The position numbers and the translations under genes were made by a program. This document shows, piece after piece, positions 33,087-43,013 of a DNA stretch of 64,000 nucleotides. Source of the stretch: Methylophilus sp. Lineage in GTDB: Bacteria; Pseudomonadota; Gammaproteobacteria; Burkholderiales; Methylophilaceae. The notes beneath the pieces are model-generated. The model saw only the letters and a program-made list of their open reading frames with translations, had not been told where the DNA came from and made no database searches. Each line of letters opens with the position of its first letter. Positions within the stretch are counted from its first letter, which is position 1. The stretch lies in the NCBI GenBank assembly GCA_044222155.1, contig JBGANT010000004.1:22874-86873 (forward strand). Reading direction: 5' to 3'.

Positions 33087-34805
33087 ATGCAATATGAAGC
33101 AGCAACAAGCGTTGAAGCACAAGAAGTTGACTTCAGCTACCTGCCGGACCAGCTTGCAGAAAGGATATTGCAACACGGACTAACCCCGGAAGCGCTTTGC
33201 AGGAAAATAAAAATAAATCAGCCCCAGTTGCAAAGGGTATACGAGCAATTGCCCCAAGCGCAGAAAGTAACGTCAAGCGCACTGTTTCAGGAATTGCATA
33301 ACTGGCATCAAAGCCTCACGCTGGAGGAGTTCACTGATAACATCAATCGCCTGATCTATCTCTGGCTGAATGCTATTCAGCATGGGGTGTCGCTACTGAC
33401 TATTGAAAAATTGCTAAGCTCACTTCACCTGAGCGGGTGGTTTAATGCCAACATCACACAACTGCGTCTTTTTCTGTTCAGCCTCCTTTACGAGACAAAT
33501 CATGCCCTTCAACGTAGCCAACTGGATTGGGTAATCAACTTTGACACGAACACGCAGCTACCCCGCTCTGCCCAACTTTCTGCCATTCTAACCGCTAAAG
33601 CCGCCAACTCTGCACCAACAGGTCAGCTGGCAGTTTTGTCGGTTCAATTCCATCCATTCAAACACAATCTGATATTCTCCAACCAGGAGCATGTTCGACT
33701 CAACCAAAGCATAAAAGAAACTTTGGTAAAGCACTTACCTGACAACGCCCAACTCTTCTATAACGCCAACCTGCAATTTGAAATCCTGCTGACCGGAATA
33801 GAAAACACATTAAAAATAAACCTATTAGCTGCAAAACTGTTTCGCGCATTCGAAGAGATGATGCAAGGCGAACACCAGTCCGTACTCGTAGTGCCTTTTA
33901 TCGGTGCTGCGCAGAGCGATCATCCGGCGCAAATTGTAACGCTGCTGGAAAATGCCAGGCTGGCTTTGGAAAGCGCTGTTCAAACCACGCAATATCTGGT
34001 CATCTACACGGAAAATCTACGCCAGCAGATTGCAGAAAAAATCCACCTGGAAAACGAGGTGCTGAATGCATACTCGTCCGACTCACTCGAGCTTTACTTG
34101 CAGCCGATCGTGGATAGCAAAACCCGCAAATGCAAAGGTGCTGAACTGCTTCTGCGCTGCCAGAAACTGGCGCAATACCATATTTATCCAAGCCATACGA
34201 TTGATATCCTTAACAAAGTTGGCAAGGGCAAGCTGTTCACGCGCTGGCTAGCTAACTCTGCGTGCAGAATGGCCAGTGAGCTGACACAAAACCACGCACA
34301 TGATATCTACCTGACATTTAACCTGCGTGCCGAAGATTTGTATGATGCCGAATTACCACACTTACTCAGTCAAGCGCTAGACCTGTGGAAACTCGATAGC
34401 AAAAACATCGTGCTGGAGATTACCGAAGAAGGTATTCTGGAGTTGAACGAAACCTCTAATTCCGTAATAAACAACCTTAGCCAGCTAGGCTTTAAGCTAG
34501 CCCTAGATGATTTTGGTACCGGATTTTCTTCTTTATCCAGGTTAAGAACCATGCCGATAGATCTTATTAAAATTGACCAATCATTTATCAGAAACATCGC
34601 GCGTTCCAAGGATGACTTTAAAATCGTCGAATCCATCGCATCACTCGCCCACAGTTTAGGGAAAGAAGTGTTAGCTGAAGGTATCGAGGATGAGGAAAGT
34701 TTTGCATTGATCAAGAAAATCAGCATACATAAATGCCAAGGCTACCTGTTTGCCAAACCTATGGCATATGATGACTTCATCACTTGGCTGCAATCACAAG
34801 CATAA
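33087..34805 (+). CDS. EAL phosphodiesterase with degenerate GGDEF domain
   Basis: Motifs QPIV, ELLLR, LEITEE, DDFGTGFSSL, KIDQSF, AEGIE and QGY. The preceding domain lacks a GGDEF signature. Confidence 0.9.
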   Translation: MQYEAATSVEAQEVDFSYLPDQLAERILQHGLTPEALCRKIKINQPQLQRVYEQLPQAQKVTSSALFQELHNWHQSLTLEEFTDNINRLIYLWLNAIQHGVSLLTIEKLLSSLHLSGWFNANITQLRLFLFSLLYETNHALQRSQLDWVINFDTNTQLPRSAQLSAILTAKAANSAPTGQLAVLSVQFHPFKHNLIFSNQEHVRLNQSIKETLVKHLPDNAQLFYNANLQFEILLTGIENTLKINLLAAKLFRAFEEMMQGEHQSVLVVPFIGAAQSDHPAQIVTLLENARLALESAVQTTQYLVIYTENLRQQIAEKIHLENEVLNAYSSDSLELYLQPIVDSKTRKCKGAELLLRCQKLAQYHIYPSHTIDILNKVGKGKLFTRWLANSACRMASELTQNHAHDIYLTFNLRAEDLYDAELPHLLSQALDLWKLDSKNIVLEITEEGILELNETSNSVINNLSQLGFKLALDDFGTGFSSLSRLRTMPIDLIKIDQSFIRNIARSKDDFKIVESIASLAHSLGKEVLAEGIEDEESFALIKKISIHKCQGYLFAKPMAYDDFITWLQSQA

Positions 34806-34811
34806 GCCTGC

Positions 34812-34820
34812 TGTTATAAT
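34812..34820 (+). promoter_or_regulatory. Extended -10 promoter (TGnTATAAT) of queD
   Basis: Perfect TGTTATAAT ending 6 nt before the queD ATG. Confidence 0.65.
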
Positions 34821-34826
34821 AGCGGC

Positions 34827-35267
34827 ATGCAAATCACGACCCGACTGGAATTCGATGCCGGACATCGCATTCCGCACCACAAAAGCCAGTGCCGCAACCT
34901 GCACGGTCATCGCTATGCGATGGAAATCACCCTAAGCGGCGACATCATCGCACTGGAATCCGCATCTGAGAACGGCATGGTGATGGATTTTGCCGATGTG
35001 AAGCGCATCGCCCGTGAAAGCGTGGTGGATGTGTGGGATCACGCTTTTCTGGTTTACGAAAAAGATACTGAAGTTCTTGATTTTTTGAACAGCCTGCCCA
35101 ATCATAAAACCGTGATTTTCCCGACTGTGCCGACCGCGGAGAACATGGCGGCAGAAGCGTTCCGTATCCTGAAAAACGAATATCACGACACGTTTGGCAA
35201 CCACCTCAATCTCGAGCGTGTGCGGCTTTACGAAACGCCCAATAGTTGGGCGGATGCAATCGGCTAA
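34827..35267 (+). CDS. queD: 6-carboxytetrahydropterin synthase
   Basis: Motifs FDAGHR, CRNLHGH, WDH, PTAEN and YETP. Confidence 0.95.
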   Translation: MQITTRLEFDAGHRIPHHKSQCRNLHGHRYAMEITLSGDIIALESASENGMVMDFADVKRIARESVVDVWDHAFLVYEKDTEVLDFLNSLPNHKTVIFPTVPTAENMAAEAFRILKNEYHDTFGNHLNLERVRLYETPNSWADAIG

Positions 35268-35274
35268 AATCTTT

Positions 35275-36189
35275 TTAAGGTAATTGGCGCATCACCTGCC
35301 GCAGTGCAGCGCGCCAATCCGGCAAGGCAATATCGAAGGTACTTTTAAGTTTGCTGTTATCCAGCCTGGAATTCTCCGGACGGACGGCAGGTGTCGGATA
35401 ATCCGCCGTGCCAATTGGTTGAATATCCGTTTGCTTCGCTTTCAATGCGGGCCAGTTCTTCTCGCCCTGCAGCGCCTCATATTCCGCCACGATAGCCGTT
35501 GCAAAGCCATGCCAAGTCGTCTCGCCCGCGTTAGTGAAATGATAAACGCCGGTTTGCGCCGCATTTTCAATATTCCACGCCTTGATTAGTTTGGTCACCG
35601 CATCGGCAATGCTTTCACTGCTGGTGGGCGCGCCCCACTGATCTGCCACGATACGCAAACTATCGCGCTCCGCAGCCAGTCGCAGAATGGTTTTCAGGAA
35701 ATTCTTGCCGTACGCACCATACACCCAACTGGTGCGCAGAATCAGATGTGGCAAACCTACAGCACGTATCGCCTCCTCGCCCGCCAGCTTGCTTCTGCCA
35801 TACACGCTGATGGGGTTAACGGCATCACTTTCCACATACTTGCCCTGCTTGTTGCCATCATAGACGTAATCCGTCGAGAAATGGATTAGCGCCGCACCAA
35901 TGCGCGCCGCCTCTTCCGCCAGTACCTGCGGCGCAGTGGCGTTGATGGCATATGCCAGTTCCGGCTCGCTTTCTGCCTTGTCCACCGCGGTATAAGCCGC
36001 GGGATTGACGACCAGGTCTGGCTTGCTTTCACGCACCACGCGGCGAATCGCATCCGCATCGCTCAAGTCCAACTCGGTGCGCGACAATGCAATCACATCA
36101 TGCAAAACATCTGGCCTGCGAGCCGCATCCAGATTGGCTTGCAGGGCATGTCCCACTTGACCGTTGACGCCTGTGAGCAGAATTTTCAC
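35275..36189 (-). CDS. rfbD: dTDP-4-dehydrorhamnose reductase
   Basis: Motifs GVNGQVG, AAYTAVDKAE, STDYV and YGRSK. Probable GTG start at 36189. Confidence 0.95.
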   Translation of the reverse strand: MKILLTGVNGQVGHALQANLDAARRPDVLHDVIALSRTELDLSDADAIRRVVRESKPDLVVNPAAYTAVDKAESEPELAYAINATAPQVLAEEAARIGAALIHFSTDYVYDGNKQGKYVESDAVNPISVYGRSKLAGEEAIRAVGLPHLILRTSWVYGAYGKNFLKTILRLAAERDSLRIVADQWGAPTSSESIADAVTKLIKAWNIENAAQTGVYHFTNAGETTWHGFATAIVAEYEALQGEKNWPALKAKQTDIQPIGTADYPTPAVRPENSRLDNSKLKSTFDIALPDWRAALRQVMRQLP

Positions 36190-36208
36190 GGGATTTTCTT
36201 CTGAAACC

Positions 36209-36754
36209 TTAAGCAAATTTCCTGGCATTGGCAAAACTCAAACCCGCCTGATCTTTGACAGACAGCAGCGGCGCGTCCTGCAATGGCCATTCGATGCCAA
36301 TAGACGGATCATCCCAGCGAATGCAGCACTCGTGCTGCGGCGCATAGAAATCAGTGGTTTTGTACAGAAACTCTGCGGATTCACTCAGCACCAAAAATCC
36401 ATGTGCGAAACCAGGTGGGACCCACAACTGGCGCTTGTTTTCCGCCGAGAGATGCACACCGACCCACTGACCAAAAGTCGCGGCACTTTGACGCATATCT
36501 ACCGCAACATCAAATACCTCGCCCGCCGTTACGCGCACCAGTTTTCCTTGCGCTTGTTCGATCTGGTAATGTAGGCCGCGAAGTACGCCCTGTGCGGACT
36601 TGGAATGATTGTCCTGCACAAACTGCACATCAAGACCGGTCGCTTCCTGAAACACCTTGGCATTGAAACTCTCGAAGAAGAACCCGCGCGCATCGCCGAA
36701 TACTTTGGGTTCAAAAATCAGCACTTCGGGAATCTGTGTTTTGACGACGTTCAT
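36209..36754 (-). CDS. rfbC: dTDP-4-dehydrorhamnose 3,5-epimerase
   Basis: Motifs DARGFF, VLRGLHYQ and GFAHGF. Confidence 0.97.
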   Translation of the reverse strand: MNVVKTQIPEVLIFEPKVFGDARGFFFESFNAKVFQEATGLDVQFVQDNHSKSAQGVLRGLHYQIEQAQGKLVRVTAGEVFDVAVDMRQSAATFGQWVGVHLSAENKRQLWVPPGFAHGFLVLSESAEFLYKTTDFYAPQHECCIRWDDPSIGIEWPLQDAPLLSVKDQAGLSFANARKFA

Positions 36755-37651
36755 TTAAAAAATCTTTTCGTTCAGAATCTGTTTCAGATATTGGCCATAA
36801 CCATTTTTGGCGTATTTCGCTGCCATAACTTCCACTTGCGCCGCGTCAATGAAACCCTTGCGATAGGCAATCTCTTCGGGACAGGCAATCTTCAAACCTT
36901 GGCGCTTCTCGATGGTTTCGATAAACGTGCCCGCTTCCAGCAGGGATTCGTGCGTGCCCGTGTCTAACCAAGCCATGCCGCGCCCCATCACTTCCACATG
37001 CAACTCGTTCCAGGCCAGATATTGCTTGTTCACGTCCGTGATTTCCAGCTCGCCTCGCGCCGATGGTTTCATGTTTTTAGCGACATCCACCACACGGTTG
37101 TCATAAAAATACAGGCCAGTTACCGCATAGCGCGATTTAGGTGCTTTGGGCTTCTCCTCCAGGCTGATAGCTTGTCCGCTGGCATCAAATTCGACTACGC
37201 CGTAACGCTCCGGGTCGTGCACCGGGTACGCGAACACCGTAGCCCCTTTTTCCCGTGTTGCCGCCTTCTCGGCCATTTCACTCAGCTCGTGGCCATAGAA
37301 AATGTTGTCGCCCAACACCAGCGCACATGGATCCTGACCTATGAACTGTTCACCAATGATAAAAGCCTGCGCCAAACCATCCGGGGAAGGCTGTACTGCG
37401 TACTGGATATGCATGCCCCACTGGCTGCCGTCTTGCAGCAGCTCGGCAAAACGCGGTGTATCCTGTGGCGTGGAAATCACCAACACATCGCGAATGCCGC
37501 CCAGCATCAAGGCCGACAGCGGATAGTAGATCATGGGTTTGTCATACACAGGTAACAACTGCTTGGAAACGACTTGTGTCACCGGATACAAGCGCGTACC
37601 GGAGCCGCCTGCCAGCACGATACCTTTCATAGATGTCTTGTTGGGGTTCAT
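36755..37651 (-). CDS. rfbA: Glucose-1-phosphate thymidylyltransferase
   Basis: Motifs [25 protein letters not shown] and WLDTGT. The ATG at 37651 overlaps the rfbB stop. Confidence 0.97.
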   Translation of the reverse strand: MNPNKTSMKGIVLAGGSGTRLYPVTQVVSKQLLPVYDKPMIYYPLSALMLGGIRDVLVISTPQDTPRFAELLQDGSQWGMHIQYAVQPSPDGLAQAFIIGEQFIGQDPCALVLGDNIFYGHELSEMAEKAATREKGATVFAYPVHDPERYGVVEFDASGQAISLEEKPKAPKSRYAVTGLYFYDNRVVDVAKNMKPSARGELEITDVNKQYLAWNELHVEVMGRGMAWLDTGTHESLLEAGTFIETIEKRQGLKIACPEEIAYRKGFIDAAQVEVMAAKYAKNGYGQYLKQILNEKIF

Positions 37652-38733
37652 CAGGCCATCTCCTCGCCGCGGTCCGCATAATTTTTGCTGACCCAGTTCT
37701 TGTACTCGCCGCTGGTGACATGCTGCACCCACTCCTGGTTGGCAAGATACCAATCCACGGTTTTCTGAATACCGGTTTCAAAGGTTTCTGCAGGTTTCCA
37801 GCCGAGCTCTTGCTCAATCTTGGTCGCGTCAATCGCATAACGTTGGTCATGCCCTGGCCTATCTTGCACAAAGGTAATCTGGTCACGGTAGCTGCCTTGT
37901 GCTTTGGAGGCTTTCTTGTCCAGAATATCGCACAAGGTATGCACGACTTCCAGGTTGGTTTTCTCGTTCCAGCCACCTATGTTGTAAGTTTCACCTAGCT
38001 TGCCTGCTTCCAGCACGCGGCGAATCGCACTGCAATGGTCGCCGACATATAGCCAGTCGCGCACATTGCTGCCATTGCCATAAATCGGCAACGGCTTGCC
38101 TGCCAACGCATTGTGAATCACCAAGGGAATCAATTTTTCCGGAAAGTGATACGGGCCGTAGTTATTCGAGCAGTTCGTGGTTAATGTTGGTAAGCCATAG
38201 GTATGGTGGTAGGCGCGCACCAAATGGTCAGAAGCCGCCTTGGACGCGGAATATGGACTATTTGGCTCGTAGCGGTTCGTTTCCTTGAATGCCGGATCGC
38301 TCGGCCCCAGTGAGCCATACACCTCATCGGTAGAAACATGCAGGAAGCGGAAGTTGGCTTTATCTGCTTCACCCAGGTCACCCCAGTAGGCGCGCACCTC
38401 TTCCAGCAAGTTAAAGGTACCTACCACGTTAGTCTGGATAAACTCGCCAGGGCCATGGATAGAGCGATCCACGTGGCTTTCCGCGGCAAAATTGACTACT
38501 GCGCGCGGCTGGTGTGTACGCAGCAACTCGCTTACAACATCGCGGTCGCCAATGTCTGCATGCACAAAAACGTGTGCAGAATCATGCTCGATCTCTGACA
38601 GGTTTTCCATGTTACCGGCATAAGTCAGCTTATCAAGGTTGATGACTTTACCTAGCCCCAGTTTCACCCAAGCGTTTACAAAGTTGCTACCGATAAACCC
38701 GGCGCCGCCTGTCACAATAATACAATTATTCAT
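37651..38733 (-). CDS. rfbB: dTDP-glucose 4,6-dehydratase
   Basis: Motifs [25 protein letters not shown] and YSASK. Confidence 0.97.
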   Translation of the reverse strand: MNNCIIVTGGAGFIGSNFVNAWVKLGLGKVINLDKLTYAGNMENLSEIEHDSAHVFVHADIGDRDVVSELLRTHQPRAVVNFAAESHVDRSIHGPGEFIQTNVVGTFNLLEEVRAYWGDLGEADKANFRFLHVSTDEVYGSLGPSDPAFKETNRYEPNSPYSASKAASDHLVRAYHHTYGLPTLTTNCSNNYGPYHFPEKLIPLVIHNALAGKPLPIYGNGSNVRDWLYVGDHCSAIRRVLEAGKLGETYNIGGWNEKTNLEVVHTLCDILDKKASKAQGSYRDQITFVQDRPGHDQRYAIDATKIEQELGWKPAETFETGIQKTVDWYLANQEWVQHVTSGEYKNWVSKNYADRGEEMA

Positions 38734-38763
38734 ATTACCTTTCTTCGAATTCTTGCCTAAATA

Positions 38764-39447
38764 TTACCAAGGTTTTGCACCAGATTTCGCCAGCGACTGG
38801 ATATAGGCTTCATGCACTAGTAATTCATCTCTATCCGCATGCAAGACTTTCACTTTGCCAACTGCTTCCATCTGCAACTCCACTCCTTGCGCGACTTCAT
38901 GCTGCACCAGATCCATCATCAGGCTATCCTGGCCGCGTGTCATGGCAAAGTACACCTCTGCCAGCAACTCCGCATCCAGCAAGGCACCGTGCAAAGTGCG
39001 CCTCGTGTTGTCAATGCCAAAATGTTTGCAAAGCGCGTCCAGATTATTGCGCTGACCGGGGCGTGCATCCTTCGCCATCTTCAGCGTATCAGTGATTTTA
39101 GCCGAAATCTCGCTCACTGACTGTAGCCCGATTCGGCCAAACTCGGCATTCAAGAACCCGACATCAAATGGTGCATTGTGAATAATTAACTCGGCATCTT
39201 GAATAAAGCTGCAAAAATCCCCGGCCTTTTCGGCAAACAACGGCTTATCCTGCAAGAACTCCAGCGTGATGCCATGCACTTCTTGTGCGGCAGCATCAAT
39301 CTCGCGCTCAGGATTCAAATACACATGGAAATTCTGGCCGGTCAGACGACGATTGACAGACTCCACCGCACCGATCTCAATCACGCGATGCCCTTGATCC
39401 GGGTACAAGCCTGTCGTTTCGGTATCCAGAAAAATCTGCCGTATCAT
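38764..39447 (-). CDS. dnaQ: DNA polymerase III epsilon subunit
   Basis: Motifs LDTETTG, HNAPFD and HGALLD. Confidence 0.97.
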   Translation of the reverse strand: MIRQIFLDTETTGLYPDQGHRVIEIGAVESVNRRLTGQNFHVYLNPEREIDAAAQEVHGITLEFLQDKPLFAEKAGDFCSFIQDAELIIHNAPFDVGFLNAEFGRIGLQSVSEISAKITDTLKMAKDARPGQRNNLDALCKHFGIDNTRRTLHGALLDAELLAEVYFAMTRGQDSLMMDLVQHEVAQGVELQMEAVGKVKVLHADRDELLVHEAYIQSLAKSGAKPW

Positions 39448-39905
39448 TATCCCACTGCTCCTAAAATCTGTGCCACGCCTTGATTCGCAAGACTATCAGC
39501 ACGCTCGTTACCATCGTTCCCTGCATGGCCGCGCACCCAAATCCACTCCATTTGATGTTGCTGTGCCAGTTTATCGAGCTGTGTCCATAAATCTGCATTC
39601 TTCACCGGCTTTTTATCCGCTGTACGCCAGCCCTTGGCTTTCCAGCCAGCCAGCCATTCGGTCATGCCTTTTTGTACATAGGAAGAATCCGTATACAAAC
39701 GCACACTGCTTGGCCTGTTCAGCGTTTCCAAAGCGCGTATCACTGCCATTAGCTCCATGCGATTATTAGTTGTATCCAGTTCGCCACCATAGATTGTTTT
39801 CTCGCGCCCTTCATATTGCAGCAGAGCCCCCCAGCCCCCTATGCCGGGATTGCCCTTGCAAGCACCATCTGCGTAAATTTCCACCCATTTTTGCATATCA
39901 TTCAT
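39447..39905 (-). CDS. rnhA: Ribonuclease HI
   Basis: Motifs [17 protein letters not shown] and WVRGH...NERAD. Start at 39905 or 39896. Confidence 0.96.
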   Translation of the reverse strand: MNDMQKWVEIYADGACKGNPGIGGWGALLQYEGREKTIYGGELDTTNNRMELMAVIRALETLNRPSSVRLYTDSSYVQKGMTEWLAGWKAKGWRTADKKPVKNADLWTQLDKLAQQHQMEWIWVRGHAGNDGNERADSLANQGVAQILGAVG

Positions 39906-40630
39906 TGGTGTTTGGTTTTCTGACTTGATTTGGTTTTTTTGTGGCTGCCGACTACCAACCCGGATTTTATAGCAGCCTTTTTCCAATTTGGTTTTAAGAG
40001 AGTCATATTGACTACGCGTTTTTTTGCCACGATACAATACGCGCCGCCCAGCATCGGGTAACAACGCTGCCCGACCTTTTCCATACAAGCCAGTCGATGA
40101 AACCAGCGCTCGCTACTCACCGGTGGCATAAAGCCGAATATCCGGCTATCCACCAGTTCCAGCCCCAACAACGCCAGCCAGTCACGAATCCGCGTCTGGC
40201 CGAAAAATGGACTTTGCCAAGGATATTCTTGCTTACCAGAAAGCACCTTGCGCAGCCCCCACAAACTGACCGGATTGAACCCGGTCAGTATCAGATGTCC
40301 TTCTGGCACCAGTACCCGTTCCGCCTCACGCAAAGCCTGATGGGGGTTCTCACTCACATCAAGCGTATGCGGCATACAAATCAAATCTATCGTGCTTTCA
40401 GCGAATGGTAAATAGCCGCTATCACAGCACATATGGCTCTGCTCCCCATTCACCTGGAATATGTGGGGAATACGGGAGCTTTTCAAAGCCTGCAGCGGCG
40501 CCATACCCAATTGCACCGCATAAAAACCGAAAATATCGCTAACCGAATCGTCAAATATCTGCTGTTCCTGTTGCAGCAGATATCGGCCTAACGTTGTTTC
40601 CAGCCAAAAATCTTGAAGTGTTTTTTGCAT
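39902..40630 (-). CDS. Class I SAM-dependent methyltransferase-like protein (YafS-like)
   Basis: LPF..TIDL...HTL and [11 protein letters not shown] motifs, in the conserved position between gloB and rnhA. Confidence 0.85.
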   Translation of the reverse strand: MQKTLQDFWLETTLGRYLLQQEQQIFDDSVSDIFGFYAVQLGMAPLQALKSSRIPHIFQVNGEQSHMCCDSGYLPFAESTIDLICMPHTLDVSENPHQALREAERVLVPEGHLILTGFNPVSLWGLRKVLSGKQEYPWQSPFFGQTRIRDWLALLGLELVDSRIFGFMPPVSSERWFHRLACMEKVGQRCYPMLGGAYCIVAKKRVVNMTLLKPNWKKAAIKSGLVVGSHKKTKSSQKTKHQ

Positions 40631-40696
40631 TGAGTGATGAAAATAACTGGTGTTTAATTGTACTATCTCATCATCCTAACGCATCGGTCTTTCCGC

Positions 40697-41449
40697 ATGT
40701 TGCAAATTGTTCCTATTCCCGCATTTCGCGACAATTATATCTGGCTTTTGCACGATACGCGGCATGCAATCGTCATTGACCCCGGAGACGCGGTACCGGT
40801 GCAGGAAAAACTGGATAGCCTGAACCTGCGTTTGACCGATATACTCATCACTCACCATCATGATGACCATATCGGCGGCGTAGCAAACTTGTTGAAGCGC
40901 CATCAGCCCAATGTCTATGCGCCCCAATATGGACGCTACATATTCCAGCATCATGCGGTTGGAGAAGGCGATACCGTATCCATCCCATTGATTGGATTGG
41001 AGTTTATAGTAATGCATTTGCCCGGGCATACGCAGGATCATATCGCATACCTGGGTGACAACCTGCTGTTTTGCGGCGATGTGCTGTTTGGCGCAGGCTG
41101 TGGCCGCTTGCTAGACGGCACACCAGCCCAGATGCTGCAATCCTTGAACAGGCTTAAAGAACTGCCTCCGGAAACCATGGTCTATTGTGCACATGAATAT
41201 ACCCAGCAGAACATCGAATTCGCATTGACGCTTGAACCTAACAACCCCGATCTGATCAAACGGCGGAGTGAAGTCAGATATTTACGAGATCAAAACTTAC
41301 CTACCCTACCCAGCACCATAAATATCGAGCTAAAAACCAACCCCTTTCTGCGCTGCCAACAAGCTGGAATTACCCTAAATTCACAAGCAATAAACTCAAG
41401 CGAACTTTCAGTTTTTACTGCCATAAGAACACTTAAAAACAATTACTAA
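40697..41449 (+). CDS. gloB: Hydroxyacylglutathione hydrolase (glyoxalase II)
   Basis: Motifs DNYIW, THHHDDHIGG, GHT, GCGR, CAHEYT and TNPFLR. Confidence 0.95.
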   Translation: MLQIVPIPAFRDNYIWLLHDTRHAIVIDPGDAVPVQEKLDSLNLRLTDILITHHHDDHIGGVANLLKRHQPNVYAPQYGRYIFQHHAVGEGDTVSIPLIGLEFIVMHLPGHTQDHIAYLGDNLLFCGDVLFGAGCGRLLDGTPAQMLQSLNRLKELPPETMVYCAHEYTQQNIEFALTLEPNNPDLIKRRSEVRYLRDQNLPTLPSTINIELKTNPFLRCQQAGITLNSQAINSSELSVFTAIRTLKNNY

Positions 41450-41487
41450 TCATAAAGATAATGTAAGAATATTAAGTGAAACTTTAC

Positions 41488-41517
41488 TTGACACCACGCC
41501 AAGTCTACATTTAAGAT
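41488..41517 (+). promoter_or_regulatory. Sigma70-type promoter of mltD
   Basis: TTGACA-N18-TAAGAT. Confidence 0.55.
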
Positions 41518-41541
41518 GCGCTGACCTGTACAAACAATCCG

Positions 41542-42996
41542 ATGATGAAGGCATTTCACATTTTGATGACCCGACCAACCGCCATTTTGATGCAATTCAG
41601 TCGCCGCCTCGGGCTAGCGTTTTTATTGGCCTCCAGCGCCTACGTTCACTCTGCACTGGCCGAAACCAATGCCGCTGGCATCCAGATAGAAATCATCGAT
41701 GACAGCCAACACCAAACCAGCAACTTGTCGAGCGACCCCTTGCTAGGTTTGGTCGAAAACCTGAATGCCGACGAGCCCGAGAACGCCGAAGAAGATTTGT
41801 GGGCACGCATCAAGGGCGGCTATGCGATGCCTGATATCGAGTCCGAATACACATCCGCACATGAATCCTGGTATGCCTCACGCCCAGATTACGTGAAGCG
41901 CATGATGGAGCGTAGCCAGAAATATCTGTTTTACATCGTACAGGAAGTGGAAAAGCGCGGCATGCCCAGCGAAATCGCTCTACTACCGATGATTGAAAGT
42001 GCCTACAATCCGCAAGCCTACTCTCGCAGCCGCGCATCCGGCATCTGGCAGTTCGTGCCGGCCACCGGCAAAGATTTTGGCCTGAAACAAAACTGGTGGG
42101 TAGACAACCGCCGAGACGTGACCGCTGCAACCAATGCTGCACTTACCTACCTTCAGAAGCTGCATGGTATGTTCGGCGCGTGGGATCTCGCACTGGCCGC
42201 TTATAATGCTGGTGAGGGCACGGTGCAGCGCGCTATTGAGCGCAATCGCCGCAAAGGATTGCCCACAGACTACCAAAGTTTAGATTTGCCTGCCGAGACC
42301 AAGAACTATGTACCCAAACTCCAGGCCATCAAGAATATCGTGACTGAACCGGCAAAATACGGCCTCGAACTACAAGGCATTCCAAACCGCGCATATTTTA
42401 CCCGCGTCAATGCGCCAGACCAGATTGATGCCAGGCTGGCTGCTAAATTGGCCGAGATTTCCTATGATGAATTCATCGCACTCAACCCCGGCTATAACCG
42501 CCCGGTCATTACTGCCAACGGCACCGTACACCATCTACTGCTACCAACCTGGGCGGCCGATCGTTTTGCCGAAAACCTGGCGAATTACGATAAGCCACTG
42601 ACCAACTGGCAGACCTATTATGCCAAGCGGGGTGAACGTATGGACAACATCGCCAGGAAGTTTGGCATTCATGTTTCCGAATTAAGAAACGTCAACGATC
42701 TGCCCGTACGTAACAAGTTCCGTCATTCGCAAACCTTGCTGGTTCCGGTCAAATACGATCTCGCCTCCAATAAACGGCTGGGAAGCGATTTTGCCAGTGT
42801 GCAGGATAATTTTGACAGTAAGCCCTTGGTAAAAACCAACGCCAGAAAACGTGGCGCTTACAGCGCTACCAAATCAACCCGTCATGCCCGCGCTAGTGGC
42901 AAAAGCATTAAGGCTAAATCCAGACACATCTCCCACAAAGCCAAAAAAACATCTTCTGCGCGCCTTAGGGCTCATGTTGGCAAAAAAATAAAATAA
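41542..42996 (+). CDS. mltD: Lytic murein transglycosylase D (SLT + LysM)
   Basis: Motifs LPMIESAY, GIWQF, AAYNAGEG and ETKNYVPKL, plus one LysM. Start uncertain. Confidence 0.9.
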   Translation: MMKAFHILMTRPTAILMQFSRRLGLAFLLASSAYVHSALAETNAAGIQIEIIDDSQHQTSNLSSDPLLGLVENLNADEPENAEEDLWARIKGGYAMPDIESEYTSAHESWYASRPDYVKRMMERSQKYLFYIVQEVEKRGMPSEIALLPMIESAYNPQAYSRSRASGIWQFVPATGKDFGLKQNWWVDNRRDVTAATNAALTYLQKLHGMFGAWDLALAAYNAGEGTVQRAIERNRRKGLPTDYQSLDLPAETKNYVPKLQAIKNIVTEPAKYGLELQGIPNRAYFTRVNAPDQIDARLAAKLAEISYDEFIALNPGYNRPVITANGTVHHLLLPTWAADRFAENLANYDKPLTNWQTYYAKRGERMDNIARKFGIHVSELRNVNDLPVRNKFRHSQTLLVPVKYDLASNKRLGSDFASVQDNFDSKPLVKTNARKRGAYSATKSTRHARASGKSIKAKSRHISHKAKKTSSARLRAHVGKKIK

Positions 42997-43013
42997 TCCC
43001 CGGTCATTCAGCG

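Noticed and set aside
35275-38733. rfbBACD without neighbouring O-antigen genes
   Set aside because: Stand-alone dTDP-rhamnose operons are common, and its composition resembles the host backbone.
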